From assembly GCF_006345805.1 (NCBI RefSeq), contig NC_043013.1, positions 7,068,001-7,132,000 of the forward strand: a stretch of DNA of 64,000 nucleotides. Reading direction: 5' to 3'. Made by a program: the position numbers and the translations under genes. The stretch's first letter is position 1. Each line of letters starts with the position of its first letter. Shown here piece after piece: positions 25,680 through 39,039 of the stretch. The notes under the pieces were generated by a model, which was given only the letters and a program-made list of their open reading frames with translations, ran no database searches and had not been told where the DNA came from. The DNA comes from Octopus sinensis. Lineage: Eukaryota.

Positions 25680-26210
25680 CCTCGAGTGTCCTCAGGCAAG
25701 CAGGAATACCAAGCATGTTTGCACTCCTCACACAAAGACGTATGAGATGGCTTGGGCATGTTAGCCGTATGAAAGATGGCAGAATCCCCAAGGACATACT
25801 CTACTGAGACCTTGCTAGGGGTACTAGGTCTGTGGGTAGACCGATCTTACGTTACAAGGATTTTGCAAAAGGGACATGAAGGCCTGCAACATCATATTAG
25901 CGGTTGGGAGGCAGTTACCGGCAACCGTGGAGAATGGCGACGTACCGTAAAAGAGGGAATACAAAGGAGTGACAGAGAGAGAGAGAGAGAAATGGAAAGC
26001 AAGGAAAGAGACGTAAACAAGAGACTATGGCACTACAACCAGCCAGGAACAGTCTTCGCTACATTTGCGGTACCTGCCAGAGGGGTGTTTGTCCAAGATA
26101 GGACTACAGCCAGCCACAGCAGAAATGTATCAGGACATGAAATATAAAGGCCGGACAAGACTACTTCATGCGCAACTCCATTGTCTCCCGAGACAGAAAG
26201 GATGCCAATA
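25680..26210 (+). mobile_element. 3' fragment of an RTE-clade LINE
   Basis: RRMRWLGHVSRMKDGRIPKDILY...GRP.LRYKD motif followed by a degenerate C-terminal zinc region. Confidence 0.85.
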
Positions 26211-26995
26211 TATATATATATATTATATATAATATATATATATATATAATATATATTATATATATATATATATGCTTTAAAATAACTCTAGAGCTTCTGA
26301 TACATTCTGTGTTGTGCATAAATAATATATTGTTTATTTGATAAGGATCCGATCAAAGTACGAAAATGAGAATTAAGCTATCCACTACGGAAATAACTTA
26401 ATTTTTGACTCGTCCATTCTGTTCTAATGATTCGAGTGTTCCGTATATGGCACCTGACGCTTCTGTCACCTGAGTGACATTTTCCGCATTACAAATAATA
26501 AAAAAGAATATACACTGGTAGAGAAATCCACTTTTCTTAACCTCTATTCTACGAAACATAAGTGCGCGTGGGTATATATATATATACAGAACCACCCAGC
26601 GAACACCCACCATGGGTCATCACAATTGCTTAAGGTAAAAATGAATTCCTCGCTCTTTCGGAAACATCAATCTTCTGTATTGACTGCTTTCCACCACTTT
26701 GATCTGTTTTTTGTATTGAATACGTATCGCCACCGTGGGCCACTGCATCGAACACTTTGAACATATAGCATGAATGAACTTACTTCAAACCTATATATCA
26801 ACTATACATGAACTCTAAGATGTCTGACTCCGTTGTGTATTATAAATGAATTTTTTGTGTTTGACGGCATGAGCTGTCTTTTTTTATATATAACTTTTTT
26901 TGATAAGGTTCATTTCAGAACTGAAACATTTTATAATGTATATATAAAAATTAAAATTGTATAATATAGCAGCATTTTTCGAACTTCATTTTTTT

Positions 26996-27039
<44 letters not shown>

Positions 27040-27050
<11 letters not shown>

Positions 27051-27193
27051 GTATTGCATGGTAAGAAGCTTGCTTCCCAAGTACATGGTTAAAAGTTCAG
27101 TCTGACTGCGTGGCACATTGAGCAAGTATTTTTACTGTAGCCTCGGGCGACCCAAGCCTGAGAACAGAAAGATGGCCGTCGTATATGCGTAGG

Positions 27194-27236
<43 letters not shown>

Positions 27237-27490
27237 TTGTGTTTGTGTGTGTGTATGTGTGTGTGGCTGTCCCCACCACCGCTTGACAACCGGTGCTGGC
27301 TGTTCGGCACAAAAGACCGATAGAATAAGAAGCAGGCTTTAAAAAATAAGTACTGGTGCCGATTCATTCGAATAAAAAATTCCCCAAGGTGGTGCTCCAG
27401 CATGGTCGCAGTCTGATGTCAGAAGCATAAACAGGATAAAAGGTAGCTCCAGTATGACTGCAATCGCACGGCTGAAACTAGTAAAAGAGT
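27040..27490 (+). mobile_element. SINE family B, diverged
   Basis: GGTAAGAAGCTTGCTTCCC head and CGCTTGACAACCG body. Confidence 0.75.
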
Positions 27491-27892
27491 ACATATATAT
27501 ATTGGGTTGTCCGAAAAGTTCGTACCGATTTTATAGTAGCTTACCTTTCGATTTACCCTCCTAGACACCTCAATTCTGAGAAAAGGGTATTTTCAAGTTA
27601 AAGGAATGATGGAGACGCATTGTGCAACAAAATGGTTCATATTTGGTTAATTTGTTTTTGTCCGGGAATTTCTTTTTAAAGTAGAGGGAATAGCTAAGGT
27701 TCTCTGGTTGCTATTTCTAAACTTCGGTATGTGGTAAAGCAAATCTTTGCTGAGCCCTAATTATAATATATTACTTAAAATTACCGAGAAATGGTCCCTT
27801 TTCATGCCGAATTCTACTTGGTGAAATTATGGATTACTAGTTAATTAATTAATTTTACCCTTTGTTATCATATATATACCACGCGCACACAC

Positions 27893-27934
<42 letters not shown>

Positions 27935-28187
27935 CACAAACAGGAGTAAAGAATTGCACAGAAGAACGACAAAGGAAAACAAAAAACACGCACAAAACGT
28001 GGACACACTCATCTCTCATCAGTTAACTAAAAATACAATGTCGTGTGATTATATGTACCATATTTATTCATAAGACATTCGTCGATCCAGGCTGATAGCA
28101 GAAGATACTTGGCGAAAGTGCTGCACAGTGGAACCGAACCAGAAACTACTTTGATGCAAAGCGAGCTTCCTAATCACATATCCTTGC

Positions 28188-28224
<37 letters not shown>

Positions 28225-28234
28225 TACACTTTCT

Positions 28235-28265
<31 letters not shown>

Positions 28266-28645
28266 GTATATATATCCATCTCAAGCTGGCGCCCATGGCC
28301 ACCACCGACTACTCAAGTCTAATGTTTATTTGAGTTCTAAGAAGTGGCTCACATTCCTCTAATAGCATAACAGCTTCCGGATTCAGTTTCTGTGGCCCAG
28401 CTACACCTATCAATACTTAAACTGATTATGTTTCAGTCGGTGTCCAGTAGCTAACAACCAGCTGAAAAATAATTTTTTTTTTTTGCGGGATGGGGTGCGT
28501 GTATGTGTGTGTGTAAAAGAGTGCGCAATTGATATTGACTGAGGATTGTTCTATGTCCATATATGATACTTGGATAAAGTTTCTGCTTTTAAATTTATAT
28601 TAGCGATTAGAAGACAAATGCTTTTTCTAATATTGCCATATTTAG

Positions 28646-29256
28646 AAGGCGGCGAGCTGGCAGAAACGTTAGCACGCCGGGCGAAATGCGTAGCCGTATT
28701 TCGTCTGCCGTTACCTTTCTGAGTTCAAATTCCGCCGAGGTCGACTTTACCTTTCATCCTTTCGGGCTCGATAAATTAAGTATCAGTTACGCACTGGGGT
28801 CGATATAATCGACTTAATCCGTTTGTCTGTCCTCTCTGTGTTTAACCCCTTGTGGTTAGTAAAGAAATAGGTATTTCGTCCGCCGCTGCGTTCTGTGTTC
28901 AAATTCCGCCAAGGTCGACTTTGCCTTTCATCCTTTCGAGGTCGATAAATTAAGTACCAGTTACGCACTGGGGTTGATGTAATCGACTTAATCCGTTTGT
29001 CTGTCCTTGTTTGTACCTTCTATGTTTAGCCCCTTGTGGGCAATAAAGAAATAAGAAATGTTAGTATGCCAGGTGAAATGCTTAGCGGTATTTCGTCTGT
29101 CTTTACATTCGGAGTTCAAATTCCGCCGAGGTCGACTTTGCTTTTCATCCTTTCGGGGTCGATTAATTAAGTACCAGTTGAGTACTGGGTTCAATCTAAT
29201 CGACTGGCCCCCCTCCCACAAAATTTCGGGCCTTGTGCCTATAGAAGAAAAGAATA
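28646..29256 (+). mobile_element. SINE family A, 3 internal units
   Basis: Head AAGGCGGCGAGCTGGCAGAAACGTTAGC, three bodies, tail GGCCTTGTGCCT. Confidence 0.9.
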
Positions 29257-29474
29257 TTGTTATATTTCCGGGTGGCCATTATTATTTTTTTTCCCAAATA
29301 AACATACGCACTATATATTCGTTCTTCACTCGCTTATTATTATTATCATGATTATTATTTTTTTTTTTTTTAATCTTATGTCCATTGTTTGGAAATCCTT
29401 CATCGCACGTCTGTGACGTCGTTCACTAACTGTAATATAGCGTTGCTAAAGTACAAGGCAAAAAGATAGGTTAC

Positions 29475-29641
29475 CTGTAAAACTGATAATTCTTTGGCCT
29501 GTAAGTACAAGTTTCAACACTCGCCGCGGCAGAAACTACACGAAATAAACTGATTTCATTAGGGGTCTTTTGTAGCCAACCAGACAGAAAGATAACGGCG
29601 ATTTCATTGCAATAGCTGGCAATTCCAATACATAGCACCAT
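29475..29641 (-). CDS. Candidate first coding exon (unverified)
   Basis: GCCGTCATGG start, 55 open codons (MVLCIGIASYCNEIAVIFLSGW...), ends AG|GTAACC; non-repetitive. No recognisable homology. Confidence 0.2.
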
Positions 29642-30735
29642 GACGGCTTTTTCTAATTATTTTCAGAGTGTCTTAGCTAGAAATGTCACTATCTATTGTT
29701 AAATAGAGCACTGAACCAGATTACGCTTTTCGGTTTCCATTCCTGTTATTTCTCATAGAATTGGTGATTATACTAAGTGTTTGGCTTTTTGTTTTTTATG
29801 CTAAATACGATTTTAATGACTTCATTATCAGATTTACATGTATTATTATAAGATTTGTTATAAGATTTATTATAAGATTTGTGGAAAAGGTGGAAATTCA
29901 TAATGAAATTCTTTTGATAAAAAATTATCAGCTAAATTATTATTGTTGTCCGACATTTTATATATGTAGTAGAGATGTACGTTAAATTTTCTAAATAATA
30001 TAAACAAACAATTCTCTAAGATTAACTTGACGATTAGATAATTAACAACTCGAGAGAAAACTTCAATTGCGCTTGATACGTTAAGAGCTTAATTTTTTTT
30101 AAATTATAACAAGTGTGTATCTTTCCAATACCTATTGTTTTTTCTTTTGTTTACCAAAATTTCTAAGTTTAAGTGGACCATCCCGTGGCGCAAAACATTT
30201 GGCAATACTTAACCTCCATACTTAACCGTTTAATATCGTAATAACCTACTAAACACACACTCACTCACGCACACACAGATATATATATAAATAAATATGA
30301 TATATATATATACGTAAATATTTAAGGACGACAATGAGAGCTCAACACTGCACTGGAGGATAAAATGTCTATATTTGTATATTAAGGCTATCATTGGTTT
30401 CATATTATATATATATATAGGTATGGCGTTACAGCATCATAACTTCTCTTTAATTTTCCCTGTCATTTGTACACTCTGTAATTAAGTCTTTGGACAGATT
30501 CCTTCAAGAAATCCCGGATAAACCCCCTACACCTGGATATGTCTCTGTAAACAATAACTCTCTACTTGAGTGGGCCATAGTGCCCAAATTCTGACTTGAA
30601 AGACTTCACCAGGTGGTGCTATTAAGTTAGACATGGCCTGGGCCAATAATGGCCGAAACCTATCAAAGTATCAAAGTATATCGATATCTATATATTTATA
30701 TTTGAATATTCGTCGTAATTTTCAGTCTTCCGTTT

Positions 30736-30791
<56 letters not shown>

Positions 30792-30931
30792 TTTATGTAT
30801 GTATGTATGTATGTTGTATGTATGTATGTATTATGTATAATATTAAATGGCAATTTGACGTCTATATTTAGCTTATAGGCTATCCCTTTAGTGGTCATTC
30901 CTCTAATTTTGCGTGTATATATATACATATC

Positions 30932-30988
<57 letters not shown>

Positions 30989-31500
30989 CGATATCTATAT
31001 ATATATTGGGGGTGGGGTCGAAACAACCATTTTAAGGAACCTCAAATCTACGGTATACACACAGTTTCAAATAGTATATTTTAAATAAAGTATATGACAT
31101 TTAGAGTTATGTCACCCCTGTACCCTTCGCATACACCCCCATAATTAAATACCCTAATTTTCTTTATTAATTATATAATCTCTAGCACATATATACTAAA
31201 TTGTTTATGGATATGAAACACTTGAACATATTTCACTGTAGAAACCTTATTTAAAACATCTGATGAGTAAAGATAGCAAAAACATTGAGATATAAGACAA
31301 CTGGTAGCTAGATATCCCTTCCACATGGTAACATTATAACTTTTCAATATGTATTAAATGATTTTTTTTATAAGGTATATATTTGTTTAATGATTTTCTT
31401 TTGTTTTTCAGATTATTTCAGAGCTAAATTGTATTATAATTTTAAAAAAGTATCTACATAAATTTAAACTGTAATAATTTAAGTGGATAAAATTATATAA

Positions 31501-31685
31501 TGGCGTAGGAGTGGCTGTGTGGTAAGTAGCTTGTTTACTAACCACATGGTTCTGGGTTCAGTCCCACTGCGTGGCACCTTGGGCAAGTGTCTTCTACTAT
31601 AGCCTCGGGCCGACCTAAGCCTTGTGGGTGGATTTGGTAGACGGAAACTGAAAGAAGCCTGTCGTATATATGTATGTATATATAT

Positions 31686-31729
<44 letters not shown>

Positions 31730-31962
31730 GTATCTATGTATGTGCGTATATGTTTGTGTGTCTGTGTTTGTCCCCCCAACATTGCTTGACAACCGATGCT
31801 GGTGTGTTTACGTTCTCGTAACTTAGCGGTTCGGCAAAAGATACCGATAGAATAAGTTCTAGGCTTACAAAGAATAAGTCCTGGGGTCGATTTTCTCGAC
31901 TAAAGGCGGTGCTGCAGCATGGCCGCAGTCAAATGACTGAAACAAGTAAAAGAGTAAAGAGT
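31501..31962 (+). mobile_element. SINE family B, full length
   Basis: Head, TA/CA tract and tail. Confidence 0.92.
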
Positions 31963-32000
31963 AATGGCAACTAGACGTAAAAGCCGTAATTCAGCATTTG

Positions 32001-32586
32001 GAGAAGTAAAATAACAAATTCTAAAAAGCATGCGACCACCCCTATCCCTCGCAAAGCCCCTACCAATTCTGCGTTTTGAATACTGAAACTGAAAATACAG
32101 CATCTGGATTTCCTGCAGAATTCCCTACAGCAATGACCCCATCAAGAACTGATGTGTTCCGACATCATTTACACATAAGAAAACGTTAAGAATAGATATC
32201 AAAAACTTCGCCCTCAGCGAAAGAATGCTACTGGTTTGTTGCTGCAGATGTGAACACAACATGGGACAAATTTTCTATTCCTTACATTGGATTTGAGGGA
32301 ATAGCTCCAAAAATTGAGAGATTAATTGAATCTGCGTATAAATTAAGCAACATACTACCTATCAAGCAAAGAGATAGGTTTGATAAGAAATTAGAGGAGT
32401 TCAATGAAATGTTTCATATAGGCGTAGGAATGGCTGTGTGGTAAGTAGCTTGCTTACCAACCACATGGTTCCGGGTTCAGTCCCACTGCATGGCATCTTG
32501 GGCAAGTGTCTTCTGCTATGTGAGTGTCTTCTGCCTTGTGAGTGGATTTGGTAGACGGAAACTGAAAGAAGCCTGTCGTATATATG

Positions 32587-32619
<33 letters not shown>

Positions 32620-33501
32620 TTGTGTGTCTGTGTTTGTTCCCTTAGCATTGCTTGACAACCGATGCTGGTGTGTTTATGTCCCCGTTACTTAGCGGTTCGG
32701 CAAAAGAGACCGATAGAATAAGTACTGGGCTTACAAAAGAATAAGTCCCGGGGTCGAGTTGCTCGATTAAAGGCGGTGCTCCAGCATGGCCGCAGTCAAA
32801 TGACTGAAACAAGTAAAAGAGTAAAAGAGTATACCAATCAAGCAAAGAGGGCATAGTATTGATAAGAAATCAGAGGAGTTCAATGAAATGTTTGATATAT
32901 GCACCTGCACGTGTTATGACAAACAAACCAGAAGATCTGACTGCCGTGGCCAAGGAGTCGAGCATGTTATCAATTTAGTGACAAAAGCTTCTAAAGTCAG
33001 AATAGGCTTCGAAAATAGGCACGAATTCATATTAAGTGTGCAGACATCAAGTCAAAGTTTACCTCACTTTGACTGGAAAAGACAATGGTCATTTAAGCAA
33101 ATAATAAATACTAATAATGCTTATTCTATAGCGTTCACTGTTCATTTATTTCGTTCGAGATTCGTGTATAGTTTTTTTTTTTTTTGCCTACTATAATAGT
33201 CATTAAGAATTTACAAAGAATATAAGCTTTTTTTTATATAAAAAAAGAAAGAATACAAACTATATAAATAAATAAAAATTCTAATCACTGTTTTTATTTT
33301 TTTTTTCAGATGGTGGGGGCGGGTTTGCATATAATTTATAAAATGTTGTATAGGTAATATTTAGCCAATACAAACTTAATAGCATTAAAACAAGCTTACA
33401 GTTCCTTACATTTTCAGTATTCAAAACGCAGAATTGGTAAGGGGGCTTTGCGAGGGGTAGGGGTGGTCGCATGCTTTTTAGAATTTGCTATTTTACTTCT
33501 C
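32001..33501 (+). mobile_element. Internally deleted DNA transposon relic with ~90-bp inverted repeats
   Basis: Inverted repeats 32001-32088 / 33412-33501; remnants FDICTCTC and CRGQGVEHVINLVTKAS resemble invertebrate DDE transposase C-termini (CHxQxVERxIKLVTxAS, from memory). Confidence 0.55.
32421..32830 (+). mobile_element. SINE family B nested in the transposon relic
   Basis: Full motifs; flanked by a ~60-bp direct duplication. Confidence 0.92.
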
Positions 33502-33583
33502 ACAATAAAACGAAAACAGAGCAATATGTGGAATCAGAGTATAACATTTTGATCCCTCCGCCCCCTCCCCCAATATATATATA

Positions 33584-34037
33584 CTCTTTTACTCTTTTAC
33601 TTGTTTCAGTCATTTGACTGTGGCCATGCTGGAGCACAACCTTTTAGTCGAGCAAATCGACCCCAGGACTTATTCATTGTAAGCCTAGTACTTATTCTAA
33701 CGGTATCTTTTGCCGAACCGCTAAGTTACGGGGACGTAAGCATACCAGCATCGGTTGTCAAGCGATGCTGGGGGACAAACACAGACATACAAACACACAC
33801 ACACACACACACACACACATACTCACATATATATATATATATATACATATATACGACGGGCTTCTTTCAGTTTCCGTCTACCAAATCCACTCACAAGGCT
33901 TTGGTCGACCTGAGGCTATAGTAGAAGACACTTGCCCAAAGTTCCACGCAGTGGGAACGAACCCGGAACCATGTGGTTGGTAAGCAAGCTACTTACCACA
34001 CAGCCACTCCTGCGTCTTACCACACAGCTACTCCTGC
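33584..34037 (-). mobile_element. SINE family B with duplicated head tip
   Basis: Full motifs; CTTACCACACAGC.ACTCCTGC occurs twice at the 5' end. Confidence 0.9.
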
Positions 34038-34218
34038 AAGGGAACTCCTCACATGTTTCTATTTAAAGGATCTTTTAACCAATTACTCACATGCTATTAT
34101 TTATAACTTTTCTTCTCTGAATTCAGTCTTTAAAAACGAACTATATACGTATGTGTGTATACATAGAGGCACGCTTGCAAACATACATACTTAAACTACC
34201 ATTTAAGTATTATATTAA

Positions 34219-34614
34219 ACTAGCAGTATCGCCCGGCGTTGCTCGGGTTTGTAAGGGAAATAATTATATAAGCATTTTTAGAGATGTAAAGTATAATAGC
34301 CATCTCAATATGGTTAACCACAAAGGGGGTGATACTGTAGCTTTTTACGTTCTGAGATTTAATAATAAATTTTTAGAGAGTTACTTCCCTTATATATGCC
34401 AAAAATGCATTAAAAATGGGAAAAATTGATGGTAATTTTTTTTTTTAATCGTAGACTCATCGTAGACGCGCGCTAATACCCAGAAGGGCTCGATATGAAT
34501 CACGACTATAAGATACCCGCTTTTGGTTAAACTGCACCGCAAAATGTGGGAGTAGTTAGGAATCTAAATCGTAGGAGACAGACAGCACACAACCTCTCTT
34601 TTATATATAAAGAT
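34219..34614 (+). mobile_element. Helentron/DINE-1-like element
   Basis: ACTAGCAGTATCGCCCGGCGTTGCTCGGG ... GACAGACAG...CTTTTATATATAAAGAT. Confidence 0.75.
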
Positions 34615-35410
34615 TTATGATATACACCGTTGAAAGGCATAATGCTGTGGTTTTTGCCTGAGAGAAAATTCCTTCACAGACATGTTGCGTTGAAAAGACA
34701 AGATTTTAATAGAAGCGGGGTGATCATCGTCTCTTAAATAGGTTTGTAGTATTCACGTGTAAAAAATAATCATTTAATATGGCTAGCAGTTCTATTTTAC
34801 TAATTTGCTTTACTGTTTCTTTGGCTTTATATATCATATATACATAGATGGCATATATGCATATATCACATTTGGGTTTATATCTATAAGTTTCCTAGAG
34901 AATTCAGAGCCAGCACTGAAAGCTACGTTTCGGAAATAAATTCGTACTTCTAAACAATGCGATCGAACGTAGAAAAATAGGCGATGCGTATATATACATA
35001 TTTTAAGAGTCATTGTTCTCCAGCCGACAACTAACCGCTATACAACAGTGTTGCACCGCTAAACTTAGTGACTGTTCTATAAACAGACCAACTTACGTAT
35101 GAGGCACATTTCTGGTAACTGGGGCACAATCACATATCGTACAATTAAATAATTACAAAATTACAAAATACGCACACACACCACACACACAAGTAGTGCA
35201 AGGATCGGAGAATTTAGTAAGGTGCGTTTGTGGTATTTATGTATAAAATAAGCATTTGATATGGCTAGTAATTCTATTTTTAAATGTATTTGTTTCTCTT
35301 TCCATTCAGCGTTTGTATTACAGGCAATTTAAAAAAACGATATTTTTTGTAATTATGATATTGTATTTGATAAGAATGTTGGCTTGTCACTTTTGTACAA
35401 ATGTTTTTCC

Positions 35411-35446
<36 letters not shown>

Positions 35447-35761
35447 CTTACTATAAATTCCTACTATAAATTCTTCCTATGACCTTAAACGATACTAAGC
35501 CAAACCACACGTAGATAAACAGCCACAACTCCCCCCACACACACACTCATACATACACGCTATCATAACACACATACACACATACACAGACCTGCGCGCA
35601 CGCACATACACACACATATCTCCTTCTCTTGCACGCTCCTGTCTTTGAAAGAACTTTTTCTTCACCCATTCCATTCCGGTCAGTTCAATATGTGACCGCG
35701 TGTGTATCGTTGGCGATTTTCTTTCTCCGTCTTCCCTTCCTTGGACCTTTCCTTTTTCTAT

Positions 35762-35796
35762 GTTTCTGACGAAGAGCTCCGCTCGAAACGTTAATC
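35762..35796 (+). ncRNA. Minimal hammerhead core with weak helix I
   Basis: CUGACGA-A-GAGC-UCC-GCUC-GAA-ACGU-U-AA; only 2 bp of helix I remain. Confidence 0.55.
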
Positions 35797-36117
35797 CTCC
35801 TTCTTTCTTTCCTTTCCTGGGTGTCCAATAACACTATACTTGTTCCACGTCCAACTGCTGTTGTGTTTTCTCTTTGTTCATGTTTTGAGTAACTATACAC
35901 ACACACACACACACACACAATACATATATAATAATATATATATATTATATAGGTATATATATATATATATAATATATAAATTATTAGAGAGTTATCCACT
36001 ATGTGGATAACTCTAGTGCTAAAAATAGCTCCGAAGCAACCACAGAAGATCCGTTTCCAACTAGAATCACACACATTTAACTGAAGGGAAAGTGAAATAC
36101 AACGAATAAATAGATTG

Positions 36118-36194
36118 ACTCTATAACAATTGTTTCATTACTAATGCAATATGTAGTTTTACTTACACTTGCATCTATAAATCTTCGGTAGAGT
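36118..36194 (-). ncRNA. Type I hammerhead (inverted twin of 36566-36641, one extra nt at the cleavage site)
   Basis: ACUCUA-CCGAAGA-...-GAA-ACAAUUGU-U-A-UAGAGU. Confidence 0.6.
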
Positions 36195-36565
36195 TTGTCA
36201 GAAATGCAATTAATTAGATCGATTCGGGCGTCAAAAACACGAGCGGTCCAACCAATTACATTTTTAGTTATGTCTCAAATTCCGCGCCAAAAGCTGCCTA
36301 GACTCCATTGGAAACGTATGCCGCATCAAATAAAATATTGACTGCCGCGTAGTAAATTTATAAAATTATAAATGAGGGTGAAAAATCGATATTAATTTAA
36401 TAATACCGTCAATTTAAACACCAAGTGGCTTAGCACCAAGTGGCTAGCACCAAGTGGCTTAGCATGCTTTTGGCGCGGAATTTGAGACATAACTAAAAAT
36501 GTAATTGGTTGGACAGCTCGTGTTTTTGACGCCCGAATCGATCTAATTAATTGCATTTCTGACAA

Positions 36566-36641
36566 ACTCTACCGAAGATTTATAGATGCAAGTGTAAGTA
36601 AAACTACATATTGCATTAGTAATGAAACAATTGTATAGAGT
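36566..36641 (+). ncRNA. Type I hammerhead, CCGAAGA (U4C) variant
   Basis: 6-bp helix I ACUCUA/UAGAGU; long helix II closed by U-U; palindromic ACAAUUGU; GUA triplet, predicted cut after 36635. Confidence 0.7.
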
Positions 36642-36919
36642 CAATCTATTTTATCGTTGTATTTCACTTTCCTTCAGTTAAATGTGTTGATTCTAGTTGG
36701 AAACGGATCTTCTGTGGTTGCTTCGGAGCTATTTTTAGCACTAGAGTTATCCACATAGTGGATAACTCTCTAATAATTTATGTATAAATTTGTATTCCTC
36801 CGTAGTTTTTTGGTGCTAAGCCACTTGTGTTAAATTGACGGTATTATTAAATTAATATCGATTTTTCACCCTCATTTATAATAATTATATATATATATAT
36901 ATATATATATAATACACAC

Positions 36920-37088
36920 AGTGAGGTGCACGCGTAGCTGTGTGGTAAGAAGCTTGCCTCCCAACCACATGGCTCCGGATTCAGTCCCACTGTGCGGCAA
37001 CTTGCTCAAGTGTCTTCTACTATAGCCTCGGGCCGACATAACCTTTGTGAATGGATTGGTAGACAGAAACTAAAGAAACCCGTTGCAC

Positions 37089-37133
<45 letters not shown>

Positions 37134-37360
37134 ATATATATAATATATGCAACTGGTTTCATATGTATATATATATGCTTGCGTGTCTGTATTTTGTCCC
37201 CCACCATCGCTTGACAACCGATGGTGGTGTTTTTTACGTCCCTGTAATTTAGCTGTTCGACAAAAATACCGATAAAAATAAGTCCTGGGGTCGCTTTGCT
37301 TGACTAAAGGCGGTGCTCCAGCATGGCCACAGTCAAATGACTGAACAAGTAAAAGTGTAT
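36920..37360 (+). mobile_element. SINE family B
   Basis: Head, TA tract and tail. Confidence 0.85.
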
Positions 37361-37373
37361 AACATATATACAG

Positions 37374-37392
<19 letters not shown>

Positions 37393-37413
<21 letters not shown>

Positions 37414-37780
37414 TAGCAGTATCGCCGGCGTTGTTCAGGTTTGTAAGGGAATAACTATAAAGCATTTTTAAGAGTTATAGCCCAAAAATAGCAAAAAAAT
37501 GGAAAAAATGATGGTAATTTTTTTTTTTAGTTAAAAAAGGTGGAGTTGCGTCCCCTAGACAGTTTGCGGTTTGTGTTTCTGATTCTCGACCCTATGTCGA
37601 ATTTATCGATTTTTTTCAGAACTGGGGGAACTTTTCAAAATTTTCGCCGCGTTAGTTTTGAATTATGACATTGGGGCTATGTGTGTGTCAAGTTTCATCA
37701 TCAGAATCGGTTGAAAGCCGTGGTCAGGGTGAGGGTACAAGCAAACAGACACACAGAAACACGCACAGACAAACTGCCGT

Positions 37781-37785
<5 letters not shown>
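37393..37785 (+). mobile_element. Helentron/DINE-1-like element, second subfamily
   Basis: Same ACTAGCAGTATCGCC start, different body, ends ACAGACAAACTGCCGTTTATA. Confidence 0.65.
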
Positions 37786-37821
<36 letters not shown>

Positions 37822-37824
<3 letters not shown>

Positions 37825-37987
37825 CGCAGGAATGGCTGTGTGGTAAGTAGCTTGTTTACCAACCACATGGCTCCGTGTTCAGTCCCACTGCGCGGCACCT
37901 TGGGCAGGTGTCTTCTACTATAGCCTCGGGCCGACCAAAGCCTTGTGAGTGGATTTAGTAGACGGAAACTGAAAGAAGCTCGTCGTA

Positions 37988-38020
<33 letters not shown>

Positions 38021-38225
38021 GCGTGTGTGTGTTTGTGTGTCTGTGTTTGTCCCCCTAGCATTGCTTGACAACCGATGCTGGTGTGTTTGTATCCCCGTTA
38101 CTTAGCAGTTCGACAAAAGACACCGATAGAATAAGTACTGGGCTTACAAAATCGAGTTGCTCGATTAAAGGCGGTGCTCCAGCATGGCCGCAGTCAAATG
38201 GCTGAAACAAGTAAAAAGAGAAAAA
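37822..38225 (+). mobile_element. SINE family B
   Basis: Full motifs. Confidence 0.9.
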
Positions 38226-38373
38226 AAATATGAGTGTGTGTATATATGTGTGTATGTGTGTTTGAGTGTATGTATATATATATATATATGTGTGTGTATA
38301 TATATATGTATGCATATATGTGTTGTGTGCGGAGTGTGAAGGTAGGTATATGGGTATATGTATGTACGTGTAT

Positions 38374-38412
<39 letters not shown>

Positions 38413-39039
38413 TATTAATTTCCCGAAAGTTTTCCGTTTTATGTTTTAAATCTATTTGGAAAACGTAAAAGCTTCAAATCTTATTTTCTCGATCATTTTT
38501 AATAAACCATCTTTCAAGTCTTGTAACATAACATTTGGAGGATGCTATTTATGAGTATTAAATCTATACTTCTAGATTGATTTAATATCATTGATTCGCT
38601 TTTCACAGCAATAAACTCTCCGTCGGAGTCTTTTGACGAGGTGTTCAGTCTTTCAGCACAAACATTTCAAGCAAAACATATTTCAATAACAAAGCAATGT
38701 TTTTCTAAGCCTTACTTAAATCTTAAGCTCTCCGTTATTTTTATTAGTTTCAAATTTTGACATAAGGCCTGAAATTTCGGGCGTGGGGGCTAGTCGATTA
38801 CATCGAACCCAGTGCTTAATTGGTACTCATTTTGTTCGACCCCAAAAGGATAAAAATCAAAGTAGGCCTCTATGCAATTTGAACTCAGAATATATTGTAG
38901 GTGTTGGTAATGCGTGTGTTATGATTTGTGGTTGTGCCAGCGTGTCTATGTTGTGGAAATGTGCTTGGATTGTGTCGTTTTTCTATTCAGAGACTTCTCT
39001 CCACTCTACTTGTTACATTGCAGGTTTCCGAGTCGGACT

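Noticed and set aside
26890-26940. UUGAUAA-variant hammerhead
   Set aside because: Helices I and III are unconvincing in very AT-rich sequence.
30630-30670. Hammerhead (GGCCA-ATAA-TGGCC-GAAAC)
   Set aside because: CUGANGA and helix I are missing; at most a remnant.
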